NCBI RefSeq assembly: GCF_023055435.1
Contig: NW_025963791.1
Coordinates: 16,430,001 to 16,494,000, forward strand
DNA: 64,000 nt
Source: Haliotis rufescens
Taxonomy: Eukaryota
Reading direction: 5' to 3'
Positions 1 through 14,769 of this stretch are shown in pieces (positions within the stretch are counted from its first letter, which is position 1; the number at the start of each line of letters is the position of its first letter). The notes under the pieces are model-generated. The model did no database searches. It was not told where the DNA came from and saw only the letters and a program-made list of their open reading frames with translations. The position numbers were made by a program, and so were the translations under genes.

Positions 1-130
1 GACGCAACTCTGCACAGCGAATCGTGGCGCCTTAGACTACTGGGCCACCCGTGCCCCCGAAATATATATGAAATACCTATGCGCAATGCTACGTTATCAA
101 CACTGGATTCAGTACATTGCTATTTCTCAC

Positions 131-3100
131 CTGGCATTGTATTAGAATCGTTGTCACTTTTTTCCGAATGTCATCCTTGTTCTATAAATGTAGGAACAAG
201 CAAAATATATGGAGGGTAACCAAGAAATATGTTGAAAAATGGTAATATTGTTGGATTTTTTATGGTCCATTCATATAATTTTCATTACTTCTTTGTTTTT
301 TTTACTACCAATGGAGTCCTTTTCGGCAAATTATCAAGACTGATATATTTACTTCTTCCATGTTGCTGCTGCTACAGCTGCATCTACATCAACGTCTACA
401 TCTACATCTACATCTACATCTATATCTACATCTACTTTACATATAAGCTTCAGATATTTGAGATACATTTTTGTCAATCAGTGAGAATCAATAACATTTA
501 TATCCATACCTTGCTCTCCTTGACAGTTGACACAAGTATTTTCTTCATCTTGTCCTCGGGGCACTATGAACATATACGTGTAAAATCATACAGCTGAAGT
601 TGTCGCGAACATCTGGTATCATCACTATTTGATAGTGATTCATAAACGCATGCTCAAAATTAGGGCTGGAACGAGTCCACATTTACTACACGGGTACCCA
701 CACCCCTATTACCCGACACTACCCGGGTACCCGCTGTTGATGTTAAGAGATAGGTACAAAATGTCCGATTGGGAATAGTTTGCCAGTAGCCCTGGCAAAG
801 TGTATTTCGATACACGTATAAAACGATGTGGTCATGCATACACTGAAGTTGGCTGACGTTTTATCTTCGTTCAAACATATGTAAGTCAGAAGGAATGCCT
901 TCATAGTCATGAAGAAAAGCGAACATTAGAGACTTAAAGTTGTTGTGTAACCATGTAGTTATTTAGTGATTTTTTGTCATGAAACAATGTATCACGCGAC
1001 TAACCACGGGTCCGGGTAGTCCAGTGGGGAACCGGGTCCTACTCAGTACCCACCCGACTCGAGTACCCGAGTTACCCGTCCCAGCCCTACTCAAGATACG
1101 GTCAGAAACGTACATTCGGCTCTGGAAAGGGTTTTGTCGCTTATATTTAATTCAAAGTTTTCACAATGTGGAGGACATTTCTAAATTTGAAGCAACAGTG
1201 ACAAAAATGATGACCAATACAATTCCCTATTTCGGCATATATATTATCTGTTCCCTTGTTATTCAGGTGAACAATTGAGTTGCCTTTGCATGTGTTTGAG
1301 ACAGCTGCAACAGGTGGAGCAGGATCCCGTAACACCTGGTATCATTATTTGACAGTGATTCATAAACACATGCTTATGATATAGTCGTGATCGTATACTG
1401 GACTCTGTCTCTCCTATGATTATGGAAAGCATTTTGTCGCTTCTAATCTGGTTTGAATTTTTTGTGTTTACATACAAAAAAGGGATCAATATTTCTAAAA
1501 GTAGCATGCCTTTAAACCGAGTAAAGTGGTTGATTTGCATTATAATTTTCCATAATTGCTGCGTACTATTTGCAAAACATATTCTTGAAAGAGTAGTTTG
1601 TCTCGGAAAATTAAGCAGGGAAATGATACTTTTCAACAAACCAAACGCTATTTCAGTTTTGTTGAATGTTTGAAAGAACAATACTAAATGCACTTTCTTA
1701 CCACAAACTGTGTAAATGGTAAACGTCTTGCTTTTCACTGATCTACTTGTTGAATGAAGTATCGGATGAGCAACATAAACGGCACATCTCTTGACTGGAT
1801 GTTGTTTTTTGAATATACCCAATGGCGTACGAACTTTGTGTTATACCATTTGTCATTACCTTCAGTATTTCGATGCCACTCTTCTTTTTAGATTCTTCCA
1901 AAATCTGAAATGACAAGTGCAGCGGTCAGTTCTTCATCTTCAGTGTGTAGTGTCTGACACTCACAAAGATATCAAATGACATGCACGTTACGAGTATGTG
2001 TAACGTAGTCTCTCGGGAAAGCGTCACATTAACGAGAATGAACATATATAAGTTTTAAGTACGCATTGATAAATCTCGGATGAAACCATGTGTTTTCTTC
2101 TATGAAATACTGATTATTGCTTCAACTCTATAGCAAGAATAAGCGTCTTGCCTGTGTCAACTGTGTGCCAGGGCCTTGATGCAACCGGTTGGGCATGATA
2201 TTGTGATCTTTGTCTGAACACCTAGTGTCATCAAATCCAGATTTGTGTCTCCCGTTTACTTTTCATTTACAGAAACACAACTATATGGTTCCCATTAGGT
2301 TAGTCGTTGTAGTTAAATGAATATTTGAAACTCAGCTATATGATGTGCACACGACTTCACTACTTCACAATTAAGTGACTGAAATACACTGATTCTATTA
2401 TAAAGGTGAACAACACTGTCACTGTAAATAGACATGTAATTGGTAATAGTGGAGGTACAGACAAACATTATGACGGCTTTATCTGATATCAATGGTTAAA
2501 ATGTTCTTAACAAGTCCTTTTCTTACCTCTCGAAGTCTTTCCAGTAGTCCATATAGCCTATTGAAGATTCTCTTTCTCTGTAACAATCAGGATAATGGAT
2601 ATGAAGGCTTTTAAAACAATCGAGGTACGTACATATCTATGTAAGCACATTCATATCTATATACATTGTATGTACATGGAGGTATAACTATTTACCTTCC
2701 TGTCAGTGTTTATATGTACATCATGAATGGAACACATACCTCAAAATCCTTAAGGATGTAATCAAGGAAGAGTTTCTGTTCTAGCTCCCTCTGAAAGATC
2801 ACATGGAGTAGGATCAGCAATTTTAGGACATTACAGGTTCAATATATCTTTCCTGGTAGTCAGTATGGGCGGGATGTCCTCAAGAAACCCACGATTGTCG
2901 AAAGATTTGGAGAAGGGGTGGTAATAACCAATATTGCGCCTTTACAGGCTGACGTTACGATGTAGTTTGGATATTCACTCACGCTCCCACTCAGTTGATA
3001 TTAACTTAGTGCGGACCTGTTATTCATTTCATGTTCAAATTTCTAAATGCACAACGAAGACTTAACATACAATACGGTTCTATTATGAGCCGATAGACAA

Positions 3101-6100
3101 AATATTTGGTTCGCTATTTAAATGTCATTATTTTTCTAAACGATATATAACCTTTGTTTCCTTAAATGTTTTCCCGACAATCTTTTGAAGATCTCCACGG
3201 GTCTGAAACGTAAATATCATGAATTCAATTTATTTTAATTAATATACGAGTCTGGAAATACTATTACAGCAGGTATTAATATTAAAATGATATATAAGTT
3301 ATTGAAAACATGTATCATTCAAAACTGGCTTAAATGAAATTGTACCATAATGCTTTACAAATACTTTTCAATCAAATTACATCACTTATCTCCCTGCTAG
3401 TGTAGCTCTATAATTTACAAACAGCCTGGTATTGCAGTTTACGAACAGAAAAGTTGGAAGAATGATTTTGGATAAATACATTCACACCCTTCCAAGATCA
3501 AACATATACTGACTCGCTGAAAAAAGTAAAACACTCTTCGTCAAGCCTGGGGTATTTGTAACTTTTGTCATCTCGTCTTGAAATGTGTGATTTCGGATGA
3601 CATTCGGGTGAGCGTCTGTACATAACTGTCATTTGTGAGACTCATGCAAAAATGAAGTCAATTTCAGATTTTCTGAACTTTCATATTTCAAACCTCGATA
3701 TATTGGTCGACAAGGCAGATGTCCTCCAGATCTACAAGGCCATAGTCCAAAATGAACTCAACGCATTCTGTCTTTTCATGAACTAATGCTTCCCCGAGTA
3801 TCTTCTGAATAAGGTCATCTGAGTCTGCAGCTGAATGTAAATGTTACAACAAAACATATGTAATTGTGTAAAATGTAAGATTGATTGTGATAAACAGGAA
3901 CATTTCTCGGGGCAAACCTTAAAATGCTTAGACTAACCAGATTCGCTCTATTCCCGTTCCTAAGTAGTTTGAATACATTTGGTCGTATGAAAACTGGGTC
4001 ATGTAAGATGTTTGTATTAGGCTATGCTTCAATCCTGATCGACTATATATATTGGCCTCACTTTTTGTATGGCGTTAACAAATGAATATTCACAGCTCGC
4101 TAATGATATAGCTAACAATAATGAATGTATTTTGCCAATTGCATAGCAGACTCTTTAAAATCACATGTCTGATAAAACAAATCGATGAATCAGCAAATCA
4201 ACACTTACCATCCGAATTATCTGACGATCTCTTCTTTGCTTCCGCATATTTTGCGAATTTTTCGTCAGTATTCCGACTGAAGACAGGGGATGGGAGGTAC
4301 TCGTCCACAAGGGAAATCAAATCCGTATCCGATTTACCTGAAATATTAGTAAGCTATTGCCTTCAATGGAATTCTTAGTTTACAAATTGTGTATATAAAT
4401 GAAACGTTTCAACTGCAAGTATCAAATGCATTTTTCTATGGTGAGGTGCTTCATTTAGAGAATCTTCGGACCATGTGATTCGTTCCGATTATGAACCTGG
4501 ACCTGTCAATTACGATTACGACACCCAATTTAGACACTCACTCCAGGGAGGACTTTCAGCTACAATATTTTAAAGCAAACAATTAGTCACTTTTCGATGC
4601 ATACTTTTGACAACTGCAGATAGTATTCCTCTAAGGAAATCCATATCTTTGTTGAGGTCAACGACAGTGATGAGGTCCCGTCTTTGAAGACACTGAATGA
4701 TATCTTGAACTTGTTCGTCAGTTGATTCTGATTTGAATGTTCGACCAAGATCCGTTTTTATTTTCTTCTTTATTCTTTCATCAATCACCGTTCCTTGACT
4801 GAAAAAGGAAACTTTAATTGCATACATACATACATGTATACCATGGGATATGGGACACTGAATATTTTAGGAGTACATGGCACATGTACATATTATTGTA
4901 CCCAACTGACTGGTACTCAGTGTGTTCACTGACACAACATCGGATATTGCCCTCACTGCATGATTTGGATAGAATGTTAACCGCAAGTATTTGTTGCTTT
5001 ATTTCAATTCCATCATAGTAAAAATTGGTCGGTCTCTTAGATTACAGCTACAGTCCTACATTTATAAACACATTTCACCACACCAATTGTGTGTCTATAA
5101 AACATGTAACTGTATAGATACCCTTCATTCTTGATTCTTTCAATTTTGTTGTGGGACACAGCTTTGGATTCTTCATAGGCAGAAGATAACACATCAGCCA
5201 TTCCACCTGTGTTCTAGAAGAAAGTGATTGTTATATGACTATATCATGTTATCAGGCATAAAATCCCAAAAGAGAAACATATATTTGTGTATTCTGTAAC
5301 AACGTTACAATGGCATTGATGCAACAAATATAGACGAGCAACGTTAATTACATTAAAGTTATAAAACGGTTCTTTTTCATATTTCTTACATTTAGCTCTG
5401 AAGATACTGAACTTTTTAGACAGTAGATCACACTGATTCGTCCAATAGAGTATCAGATATGCCTTAATATGTATTACGATAAAAGGTCGTTGATTACGAT
5501 ATCGACTATTTTCTGTATTAAACGCAAACAAAAACAAATTTTAAAAGGAATAGCATATATCCATGAAAATAATGAATACATCATGACAGTGTCAACACCT
5601 ATCCTCTGTAAACGTAATCTCAGGCTGAAAGTAGCGTGCGGTAAATTGTCAGTTCACAAGTAAGTTTTGGATATGATCACCATCACACAAGCTTGCCAAC
5701 GACGCCTCACTGACGACACAATATGGCTGAGGAGGCCAGGGGGATGTTATTCAAGATAAGGACCAAGGCCTGACGTTGCTGGACCAACGTCATCGGTTTG
5801 TTTGGAAGTCGGCGTAAACGACGTTCCATTTCACCCAACACATACACGATGGGCGACAGATCTGGCGAAACAGCAGGTCAAGGGAGTATGTGAGTGACGT
5901 CCATGCGTCTGAAGGAAAGGGAGAATATAAGGACGGACAGTTTCGTCACTGTACCGTACACCTGTCCAATTGCAATAGATACCCAATAGACGAGTCCTGC
6001 TATGTGTAGTGATGCCTCCTGATATCATTACCCTCCCACAACCGACTGCAGAACGTTGAAAACAAATGCGTCATCGTAAGTTCAATCCGACGTTGGTTAA

Positions 6101-9100
6101 CACGCTGACTGCCGCCACTGTCTTTCAAGATGAAACCTGGACTAATCTTATAAAGTCATATAGCCTGGACCTCAGATGTTGTCTTGACTATGACATACGT
6201 GCAGTAATGTGCAAATTCAACGACATAATGGTTCATCATCACAGAGTGTTTGTTCATGTGATGCATAATTCTCAAAAATCCATGGCAATTTCATTTTAAT
6301 GTGATGTTTTATGGTGCACAGGATGTTTTTCGGCCTGTGTACGCTACGTGTTACTTGATTGTACAAAACAAAAAATTTAAACAATTAATGGAATATTTAA
6401 AAGAATAATTATATAGCTATAACAATAAGCTAATAACTGTTAATGTAAGAATATTGAAACAAAACGTTGAAATACCTTGGCAATGACAATTGGAACATTG
6501 TCTTTGATGAGATTTCTCACTCCTTCAAGATGAATAAGCTGACCACCATGAAGTATTGTCACTGTGGGAATCGCACTGGAACCTTCTTAAAAATATTGAT
6601 AACCTTAAATACAGACATATATGAGATCCTACAATTCGCTGTACAGAGTTGTGTTACTCAGTTCAAACCCCGAGCCATACAAGCCATACAAAGATATTCG
6701 ATTGTTGGTTCGAATTCCATGTTTGTCACGATTATTGTCCTCAGTGTGACCACACGAAGCTATCGGAGCTTTGCGACTTACTCCCACATACGCCCACTGA
6801 CTTACCGGGAATAAATGAAATATAGATCAAATACATGTAAAAGATCGACAGCAGAGAATAATCAGTCTTGATTATCTGCCGAAACAGATTCCTTTGAGCG
6901 TAAAGGCAAAATAATGAATTTTATATGAATGGATCACTGTGATCACATCAGTCAGTGATGACACCTGTTGTCCTCTAAAAGGGTAAGCCTTTCCTGCCCT
7001 ATCGGTAACACCCGCTACTCACAACATACAAACATAACTGAATTTGATAACGTAGGCCGCCGTGATATTGCTGGAGTGTTGCTAAAAGCGGTGTAAAACC
7101 CTATTCACTCACTCACTCATTCGATAACGTAGGATCGCATCTTTTATCTTAAAATAAATCAATGTACCCAAACTCTTGTTTCACGACAAATGTTTCTGAA
7201 TTTCTTATGGTACCATTGTTAAACCATGCTGATTTTTGGTATCATCAAATGGTGCAGGGAGGATACAAAAATATGGATCGTGAAACTGTTACAGTCTCAA
7301 CATAAAATATATATGTACCTCTATATTGAAATCAGTATCTATATAGTGCTTAAGTATGTGATCATGAATTACAAACGCCATGTCGAACGATAAAAAGTCT
7401 TGTACTGATTGCAACTTGATTGAAAGCTCACTGAAAAATACCATGTCAGAAATTGTTATAAGTAACAAGTACCATCTTTTAACGTCTTTTGGTGTGTTGT
7501 GGCCTGGGGATCGAACCACCGACCGTCTGCTTTCCGGGCAGACGCTCTATCCACAACACCACAGAGGCGGTCTCGTACCAAAATCGAATTCACACACATG
7601 TTTTATAGATATCTTCTCCAGATGTATCGCCTGATGTCAATACTGGGGGCCAGTTTCGGATACTGTATTACATAATCATACTTACAGTACTTTCAACGAT
7701 TTATCATATGTTGGCAAATGTTAATAGTTGATGAAACAGTGCATGTTTCACGCAAACAAATTGTGTGGATATATAGTAAGATTTCGTTTTATCATCCCAC
7801 GGGAGATATCGCTTGGGTGAGATCAAGCGATATCTAAACTGTCGATATCGCTGCAATGAAATTGCATCACAGTGCTTTTCAGACCATTGTGACGTCATTG
7901 TTACCATGACGTCACAATCAAATGACATCACTAATGGCTCTGCTACTGAAGCTGTTAGCAGTACTATTTACACTTAAGACATTACTTATTACTTTCTACA
8001 AGCTGAAAAAGTTGGAAGAATGATGTTGGATGATAAATAAAATCGGCGAGCCTCGGAGTTTTCCCACTTTTATCAACTCGTGTTGATATATTTGATATCA
8101 AAAGACACTCGGGTGAGATTCTCTATATCACAAATCCAATGGGACCGATAAAAGAAAGTGGGAACATGTTGATTGATATCAATATCAAATTAATAGATAT
8201 GCCTTGGCAGAATTTACATCAAAGATTGTTACTTGTGAAACTGATCCGTCTTACCAATGCCCCCTGCTGCGAGATCAGCAATCAGTCGTGCTTGAAATGA
8301 TAGGTTAGAGAGATCACACAGGTAGGATTCACGTGTTCCATTATCGGTCAGTAAGAAATGGCTTGTGGTCATCCCAAACTGTCGCAGGCTTGTTGAGTTC
8401 GTGTCATCAAGGTCATCTCTGAGCAAATAACCAACGTGTCTGTGACCTTTCTCATCCACCTAGTATACGAATATAGATCGAAATGTGACAATACATTGAC
8501 GTAGAGGTAACACTTTGTCTCACTAACTTCATGTACAGGTGTATACTGTGTATTACTTGGAGGGGAAAAGATTCAAGGACGATGTATGATGTGCAGTGAT
8601 TGATTTCAGCTTCATGCAGCTTTAAACAAAGATCTGGTTTTACACATTGTACCTACAACACAGCAGTTACATGTTTAAACATATGTACATAGTAAAATAC
8701 TAAAACTGACATGCAGAAACTAGGTCTTATAGAAAAAGTTGAAATAATTGTATTTAAGAAAGTGAAATGTTCAAATTATATTAATATGAAAATGCTTCAA
8801 CAAAGATGGCAAATGTTGTTACAGCACGTTAATACTTAAAAAGTATGTATCAAACATTCTTGGAAACTTTACGATATGTGCTGTAAGTGATTCGCTGATG
8901 CTCTTTACATTAACAATACCTGCATCGCCCCGAGGACGTCTTCAAAATTCCCCCAAGCACTACATCCAATAGAGGTAACACGCTCGTTTTCCTTCAGGTC
9001 AGAGATGAATTCGGCGACACCATTATGCAGGCCATCAGATATTATCCATATATCTATATTTGACAAAAGATTTTTGGATGAACGCTGTATCTTCGATTCA

Positions 9101-12100
9101 TGCTTTACATGTTGATATTAATTAACAGATTTCCTTTATACTCATATAGCATCTTATATAACGATGATAATTTGTTTTGAAATATAAATTATTTCAAACT
9201 TTTTAGATACATGTATTCAAAGAGAGGTCTTATAATCGTGATAAATCTGATATGAGGCATTATTGTAACATGATGTACAAATATCTACTCTGTTCAACAA
9301 ACCTGATGTTCCTAGTAACGTTTCCAAGGCACTTTCAAGTTCATACTCCATGTTGAAATTAGTATCTTCGGGTTTGGAACCGAGCAAGGCAAAAATCCAT
9401 TTTGGTCGAGTGAGGTGCCATATTTCGAACAGCAGGTATTTTACATAGTCCATTGAAACGTCTTCATCAATGCGTATAAACTGCAATAAAGAATTGCGAA
9501 CATGTTTCATTGGTTCCAGGACACAACATTCAGATAGTTGCTGGATTTATTGTGAGATACATGTATGTGAGTATATTGAGATCAACCCTTCTCATGTAGA
9601 TTTTACCTGCACTTCATGTTTCTCACTGACGTCGTTATCAGTATCTTCTTCACCTTCCATGAACTCTTGATCCGTGTCCGTTTTAACATAGATCGTTCCG
9701 TAGTTTTCCGTGGGTGTTGTTTTTGTGTTGACTTCCTTCTTCCATTTCGGACTGTCATTCTTGTCTGTGTGGTCGTCTTTATAGTGGCCGCATAAACAGA
9801 CGTTGTCAGATAACCTTCAGAGAGAAATGCATATGTCGTAAGTCAGTATTCACTGTCAACGCCTTAGAAAACATCTCAGAAAGTCCAGAATTGCAGTGAA
9901 TTGTAATAAAATAACGTTGAGTCTCTAGACAATAATATTTTTCATATATATAATATTAAGATAAACAAATACTACAGCACCAAGAACCAAGATGCCGTTG
10001 TTCGCGTTTTGCGACTGTCATAACAGCTTGATCAACTTGTGTAAACTGACCACACTTGAAACGGTACTTGGTGAGAAGCACTGTCTAAATCTAGCGCTCA
10101 ATTACATTGTTTGTTGTGGGCTTTGTTTCCGCCATCTGCAGTGAACCTGACATGACAATATGTCCAGAGAAAATTGTGTCAAGGGACACTAGCATGATTT
10201 ACAGTAGATCTGTGTCTCGATTACCTTTTCAATAGAACTGATGAAAATATTTTCAACATCACTGATTTCTAATGCTTCGGCTATTAGGCCTTTTTTGAAC
10301 AATACACATACTTTGAAAACATGAAACATTTTCTCTGTTTGACGTGTTCTTGAATCCAGGCGTCATGTTTCTTGTACCATGGTTCCTGAAATACAGACAC
10401 AGTGAACACAAGAGACAGAATAGCGTTGTACGATTCCTACTGTCAGTAGCATGTGTTTACGAATCACTACCAATACGTTGTGATACAATGTGTTCACGAA
10501 AATGTGAGTGTTTCCTGTCCCACTAGTAACTCAACGCCCAGGAGACCATTGAACTTATATGGAGTCACGATGAATTCTGACGAAGGATGGACGATTATGG
10601 ACATTCTATTGGTTAAGATTATGCCAGGTGTATGAAGTGACATCGTTTTTACAATGTTAATGGAGTTAGAATACATAACTTTGACGTCATATGCTGACCA
10701 GATACATGAAGATCCGGGGTAGAATAGGTCTTCAGCCACCCATGTTGCCGTAAGAGGCGACTATGCTGGTCGTAAGAGGCGACTGATGGGATCGGGTGGT
10801 CATGTCATCGATCCCAATTGCGTGGATTGATGCTCATGATGTCAATCACTCGATTGTCTGGTCCAGACTCGATTATTTTTAGACCGCCGTCATATAGCTG
10901 GAATATTGCTGAGTGCGGCGTTAAACAACAAACAAACAAACATGCTATTCATATGGGATTATTTCACACAACGGTGTGTTATATCCATTGTCCAACTACA
11001 GAATACAGCTATTTGACGGCGGTCTGTAAATAATCGAATCTGGACCAAACAATCCAGTGATTGGCATTACGAGCGCCGATATACACAATTAGGATACGAT
11101 GACATGCATCAACCAAAGCAGTGAGACTGACTACCCGATCCCGTTAGTCGCCTGTTACGACAAGCATGGATTATTGAAGACCAGTTCAGAACGGGATCCT
11201 CAGCCTGCACGTGTCCAGGTTGGACGATTCAGTGATCAAACCAATGCTGTGATGGACCTTCGCGGTCAGGACGACGTGCAGACAGAACACTGCTTTGATT
11301 AGTACGACGGCAGCCATTTGCAAAGAATACTTTCCTGAAGGTACCCCATCGACGTTGGTCCACCAGAACCTTGAGGAACCGCTTATGAGCAACAGGAATG
11401 GCGCCCAGCAGAGTCACCAAACTCCCCAAATACTTGCAGATCGCCATCAGAGGTTCCGTTCGGCATGTGTGTGCTGTAGGACGAAATGTAGCTGGATTCT
11501 GAGAACCTGTCGGAAACTCCATTGGTAAGACGAACGCAGGTCCGTGCTCCATGTCACTTTTGGGGGACTGGGTGTTTGGATTCACAGGCCTATATACCCA
11601 CGAACATCAGGCCAACTGATCTCCCACAATTACAAGCTGGTTCTGGTCACCATACAAGGCCATCTCATAGGTAATTATTACATCCGAGATGTCCTGGAAC
11701 CACTTGATGGCCCTCCATTTCGACAGCCACACACTCGCCGAAAGATCCCCTCGTTTCCGGGCAGCAACAGCCTACCTCCAGAACAATTCTGTGACGACTC
11801 TGCCTTGGCCCGCCATGAGTCCAGATCTAAATCTTCTGGACCACATTGAGACACCCTAGGGCGTAGTCTACATGAACCGAAGCCGCAAGTCCAGAATCTG
11901 CGTCTATTGGAAGCAGCTTTGCAACAGGAGCGGATGCAGTATCCCCTTGACAAGATCCGAAGGGATGAGACACACGTTGGTGGCCGTTCTCCGGGCATGT
12001 GGAGGGTTTAGTCGCTACTGAACTACGGGATTTGTCATCTAGGGACTCAAAGTGACACTTTTATCCAGATATGGACTCCGAAAATCATCACTGGTGATTG

Positions 12101-13031
12101 TGCTACATTATAGTGATAAAACTGACAATTTGTCAGGGGGTTGTTCTTACAGAACACATTCATTATCAATGCTCATTTTGTCTGTAATTTCATTCCAGCA
12201 ATTGTTTCATTAGTCATTAACATATTTTAGGGGTGCAAAACATATTTTCAGGTGTACAGCTGTATATGTTTTGTGTAAACGTGACTCATGACGCCTTAGT
12301 TATTTCAAGATTTGCTTCACTCTCAAACAGTACATGGACTTGAAACTTTGAATGTATGAGGCATGTAGTGTATATATTTATTTGTTTCACCCATCATCTC
12401 TGTTAATAAACCTACAATTCGCACCATATACCTTGAATGCATTGACCAACACGCTGACACAACAGTTCATTGTATATTGTTGGTTTCATCTTGAATATGC
12501 TAAACTCATACATAAATAGTATGTGCATGTTAGCTTCTAGAACAAGGCTACACATTTACACGTTTCAGTTCCTGAGAAAACATACTTCCTTACACGGGAT
12601 AACATGACGGTGAAAACTTGTACTGAAAGATTGACGGGAACTGCTGATATAAGTAAACAAATTGTATGTTTTGCAGCCTTAACATATCTGTACGATTGTT
12701 GATAGAAGCATACATACCACTTCCGCTGTATCGGACTCAATGGGGTCTACGCCAACGGGTGAATCTGGCGGCAATGAAATTCTTATGTATTTTCAATAAG
12801 ATCAGGATTTAAGGTCACAAAATGCAATCATAATCGCCAAGAAATAAAACTGGATATTATTAAGTCGTCATACATATTATGATAGTATTTTTATTTCGAT
12901 ATGTCGTAGTTTTAAGATATATGTAAACATTAGCAAATATGTAGAAGTTGAACATAACAAAAATTGGTAAGATTGTCGTTAATAATTATTATAATTCCTC
13001 TTAAAATTGCTTATTAAAAACTTCATACCAT
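131..13031 (-). CDS. TRPM: TRPM-family channel, gene B (tandem paralogue of gene A), N-terminal part; continues beyond left edge of window
   Basis: In-frame GT-AG exons: 13031-13029 (ATG), 10385-10312, 9814-9607, 9480-9303, 9053-8920, 8459-8255, 6585-6476, 5213-5122, 4798-4605, 4337-4209, 3830-3694, 3202-3152, 2790-2740, 2577-2527, 1904-1860, 563-510, 181-131. Exon phases, and often sizes (74, 178, 129, 51, 51, 51, 54, 51), match gene A. Peptides include PWYKKHDAWIQEHVKQRKC, VCLCGHY, IISDGLHNGV, SHFLLTDNGT, IQCLQRRD and LVHEKTECVEFILDYGLVD. Confidence 0.9.
381..436. repeat. (CATCTA)n hexamer microsatellite
   Basis: Direct reading. Confidence 0.9.
661..1089. mobile_element. hAT-type MITE
   Basis: TIR TAGGGCTGG..CCAGCCCTA, repeated TACCCG subterminal motifs and an 8-bp TSD ctcaaaat/ctcaagat. 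Confidence 0.8.
1098..1440 (+). mobile_element. Penelope-like 3' fragment (same family)
   Basis: SKFEATVTKMMTNTIPYF matches the 60130-60190 copy. Same ACACCTGGTATCAT..GTGATTCATAAACACATGC motif, also seen at 605-655. Confidence 0.6.
5700..6341 (-). mobile_element. Tc1-like transposase remnant (intron of gene B)
   Basis: MISGGITTHSRTRL..NWTGVRYSDETVRPYILPFLQ resembles Tc1 VWGGI..RT.L..LT..RY.DEIL.P. TA-flanked terminus TACACAGGCCGAAAAA near 6341. Confidence 0.65.
7461..7572 (-). mobile_element. SINE family 2 head fragment
   Basis: Matches the head and core of 19818. Confidence 0.7.
10707..11195. mobile_element. Two family-3 copies tail-to-tail (10707-10940 +, ~10990-11195 -)
   Basis: Both match the family-3 consensus. 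Confidence 0.8.
11200..12256 (+). mobile_element. Degenerate Tc1/mariner transposon
   Basis: Frame-broken peptides FGGLGVW..LVTIQGHL..YYIRDVLEP, WPAMSPDLNLL.HIE and RLLEAALQQE..IRR..GGFSRY*, typical of a Tc1 DDE C-terminus. Ends in a TIR-like ...ggtgTA. Confidence 0.75.
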
Positions 13032-13274
13032 TCATGCCGGCTGGCCTTTTGGCCCAGGATGAGACTCCTGAAAGAAATGTAAAGACGTATTTAATCTACA
13101 AAAGAAGAGAGAAAATATATTTGAGAACCGTGGACATGTACATATCTAGTAAGATTCGTAGTTTTCAATCTGATTTACAAAAGAACAGAGTCTGCTTAAT
13201 TACGTCAATTAGATACACGTTAAAATTGTACGGAAATGAAACACGTAAATGTGGAAGCGTTGCAGAAAAAGATG

Positions 13275-13408
13275 NNNNNNNNNNNNNNNNNNNNNNNNNN
13301 NNNNNNNNNNNNNNNNNNNNNNNNNNNNNNNNNNNNNNNNNNNNNNNNNNNNNNNNNNNNNNNNNNNNNNNNNNNNNNNNNNNNNNNNNNNNNNNNNNNN
13401 NNNNNNNN
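13275..13408. other. Assembly gap (N-run)
   Basis: Ns in the sequence. Confidence 1.
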
Positions 13409-14458
13409 TACCCTCATGCTGTTTAGTTGGCAATTCCATTTCAGCTCAGTATCAGCCAGCTGTAAATACATGTACATCTACAGTGCTATTGTAAACAGAT
13501 GAAATGAAATTTAACTGTGACACGGTAGTCATTTGCGATGCAAAATCGCTGTGCAGAAAAACTTCCTTACAGCATTGATAACACTGACAGAAGGAGTGAT
13601 ACATATATCAAATAATTTAATCATTATGTGAGTGTTTGTATTTGTTAACAGCGTTACAGGTACATTATTATAGCCTGTAAAGTCTGACACGCAGTGATGT
13701 AACGGAAATACTGTCCCACACGGTGTGTAATCTAACTCAGTCGGTAATTCTGATCATGAGACCACCGTGAGGTGATCACATGATCAGACAGGTCAACCTG
13801 TAAACATGTTTAAGTGTAGGAGTAAATACAAATAATCAAAGCCAATAAAAAATCAGTCAGATTCTGCTTGGAGTAAAATTAAAGTAGTGTCAAAGATTGT
13901 AAGAACAGATCACTGAAGATCAGTGACGACACGCGGTGAAAAGTGTATTCATGTCCCCTTCTACCGGTAGCAAACTATGCTATCCAGTACAACATGTAAC
14001 CCAGTAACTGACGATGTATATAAGTAAATATTTACAGTTCTTATACAAGTGAACATATACAGTTCACATCAAATCAGATCATAATTATTACTACATACAC
14101 ACACAATCGTTAATTTATCATGAAGATTAATATACATATAGTGACATTTCGGACAGAGTGAATCTAATACTAGTGTGTTAGGATCGCCAAGCATAACTAC
14201 ATGTACTCCACCTTATACTTTATTCATATATAGTTCCACTCATCTAATAACCAAGTTATCACACGCTAGTTCCCTCTTTACATGATATATTCAGTCAGTT
14301 ATTTCCTCTTGTCATACCTATAAGTCGCAGTTTAAGTATTGAGCAAAACTGTTAAAGTCAATAACATGTAAGACAATTCTCCGATATCCTCATGTGATGA
14401 GAACTAGTAAAATTGTATTTATTCCAACAATTGCATGTTTGGGACTTATGGCTACACA

Positions 14459-14620
14459 GGGGCGGTCGGGTAGCCTAGTGGTTAAAGCGTTCGCTCGTCA
14501 CGCCGAAGACCCGGGTTCGATTCCCGACATGGTACAATGTGTGAAGCCCATTTCTAGTGTCCCCCGACGTGATTTTGCTGGAATATTGCTAAAAGCGGCG
14601 TAAAGTCAAACTCACTCACT
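14459..14620 (+). mobile_element. SINE family 1 (tRNA-Asp-like head)
   Basis: A box TAGCCTAGTGG, anticodon-like GTC loop, B box GGTTCGATTCCC, tail GCTGGAATATTGCTAAAAGCGGCGTAAA-(ACTC)n. Confidence 0.85.
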
Positions 14621-14769
14621 ACTATGACTATACAACATGCACTGGTGAAATTATGATATTTCAAAAAGGGTACTTTAGAGGTTTTCATGAAGCATTTTAC
14701 TGCTACTTGAATGTGAGCAAATTGAAACACACATGTAGTGAAGCTTAGGCATAATTCCAATTTGAGAGA

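Noticed and set aside
229-597. 122-aa ORF with a YI repeat
   Set aside because: Product of a hexamer microsatellite, antisense to a real exon.
1259-1822. 187-aa ORF on the minus strand
   Set aside because: Intronic in gene B, partly antisense to a repeat, with no recognisable motif and no counterpart in gene A.
13007-13502. ORFs spanning the N-run (also 58186-58551)
   Set aside because: Artefacts of assembly gaps.
14459-14535. tRNA-Asp-like gene (and the other family-1 heads)
   Set aside because: The acceptor stem is broken, and the sequence continues into a SINE body and tail with TSDs in multiple copies.
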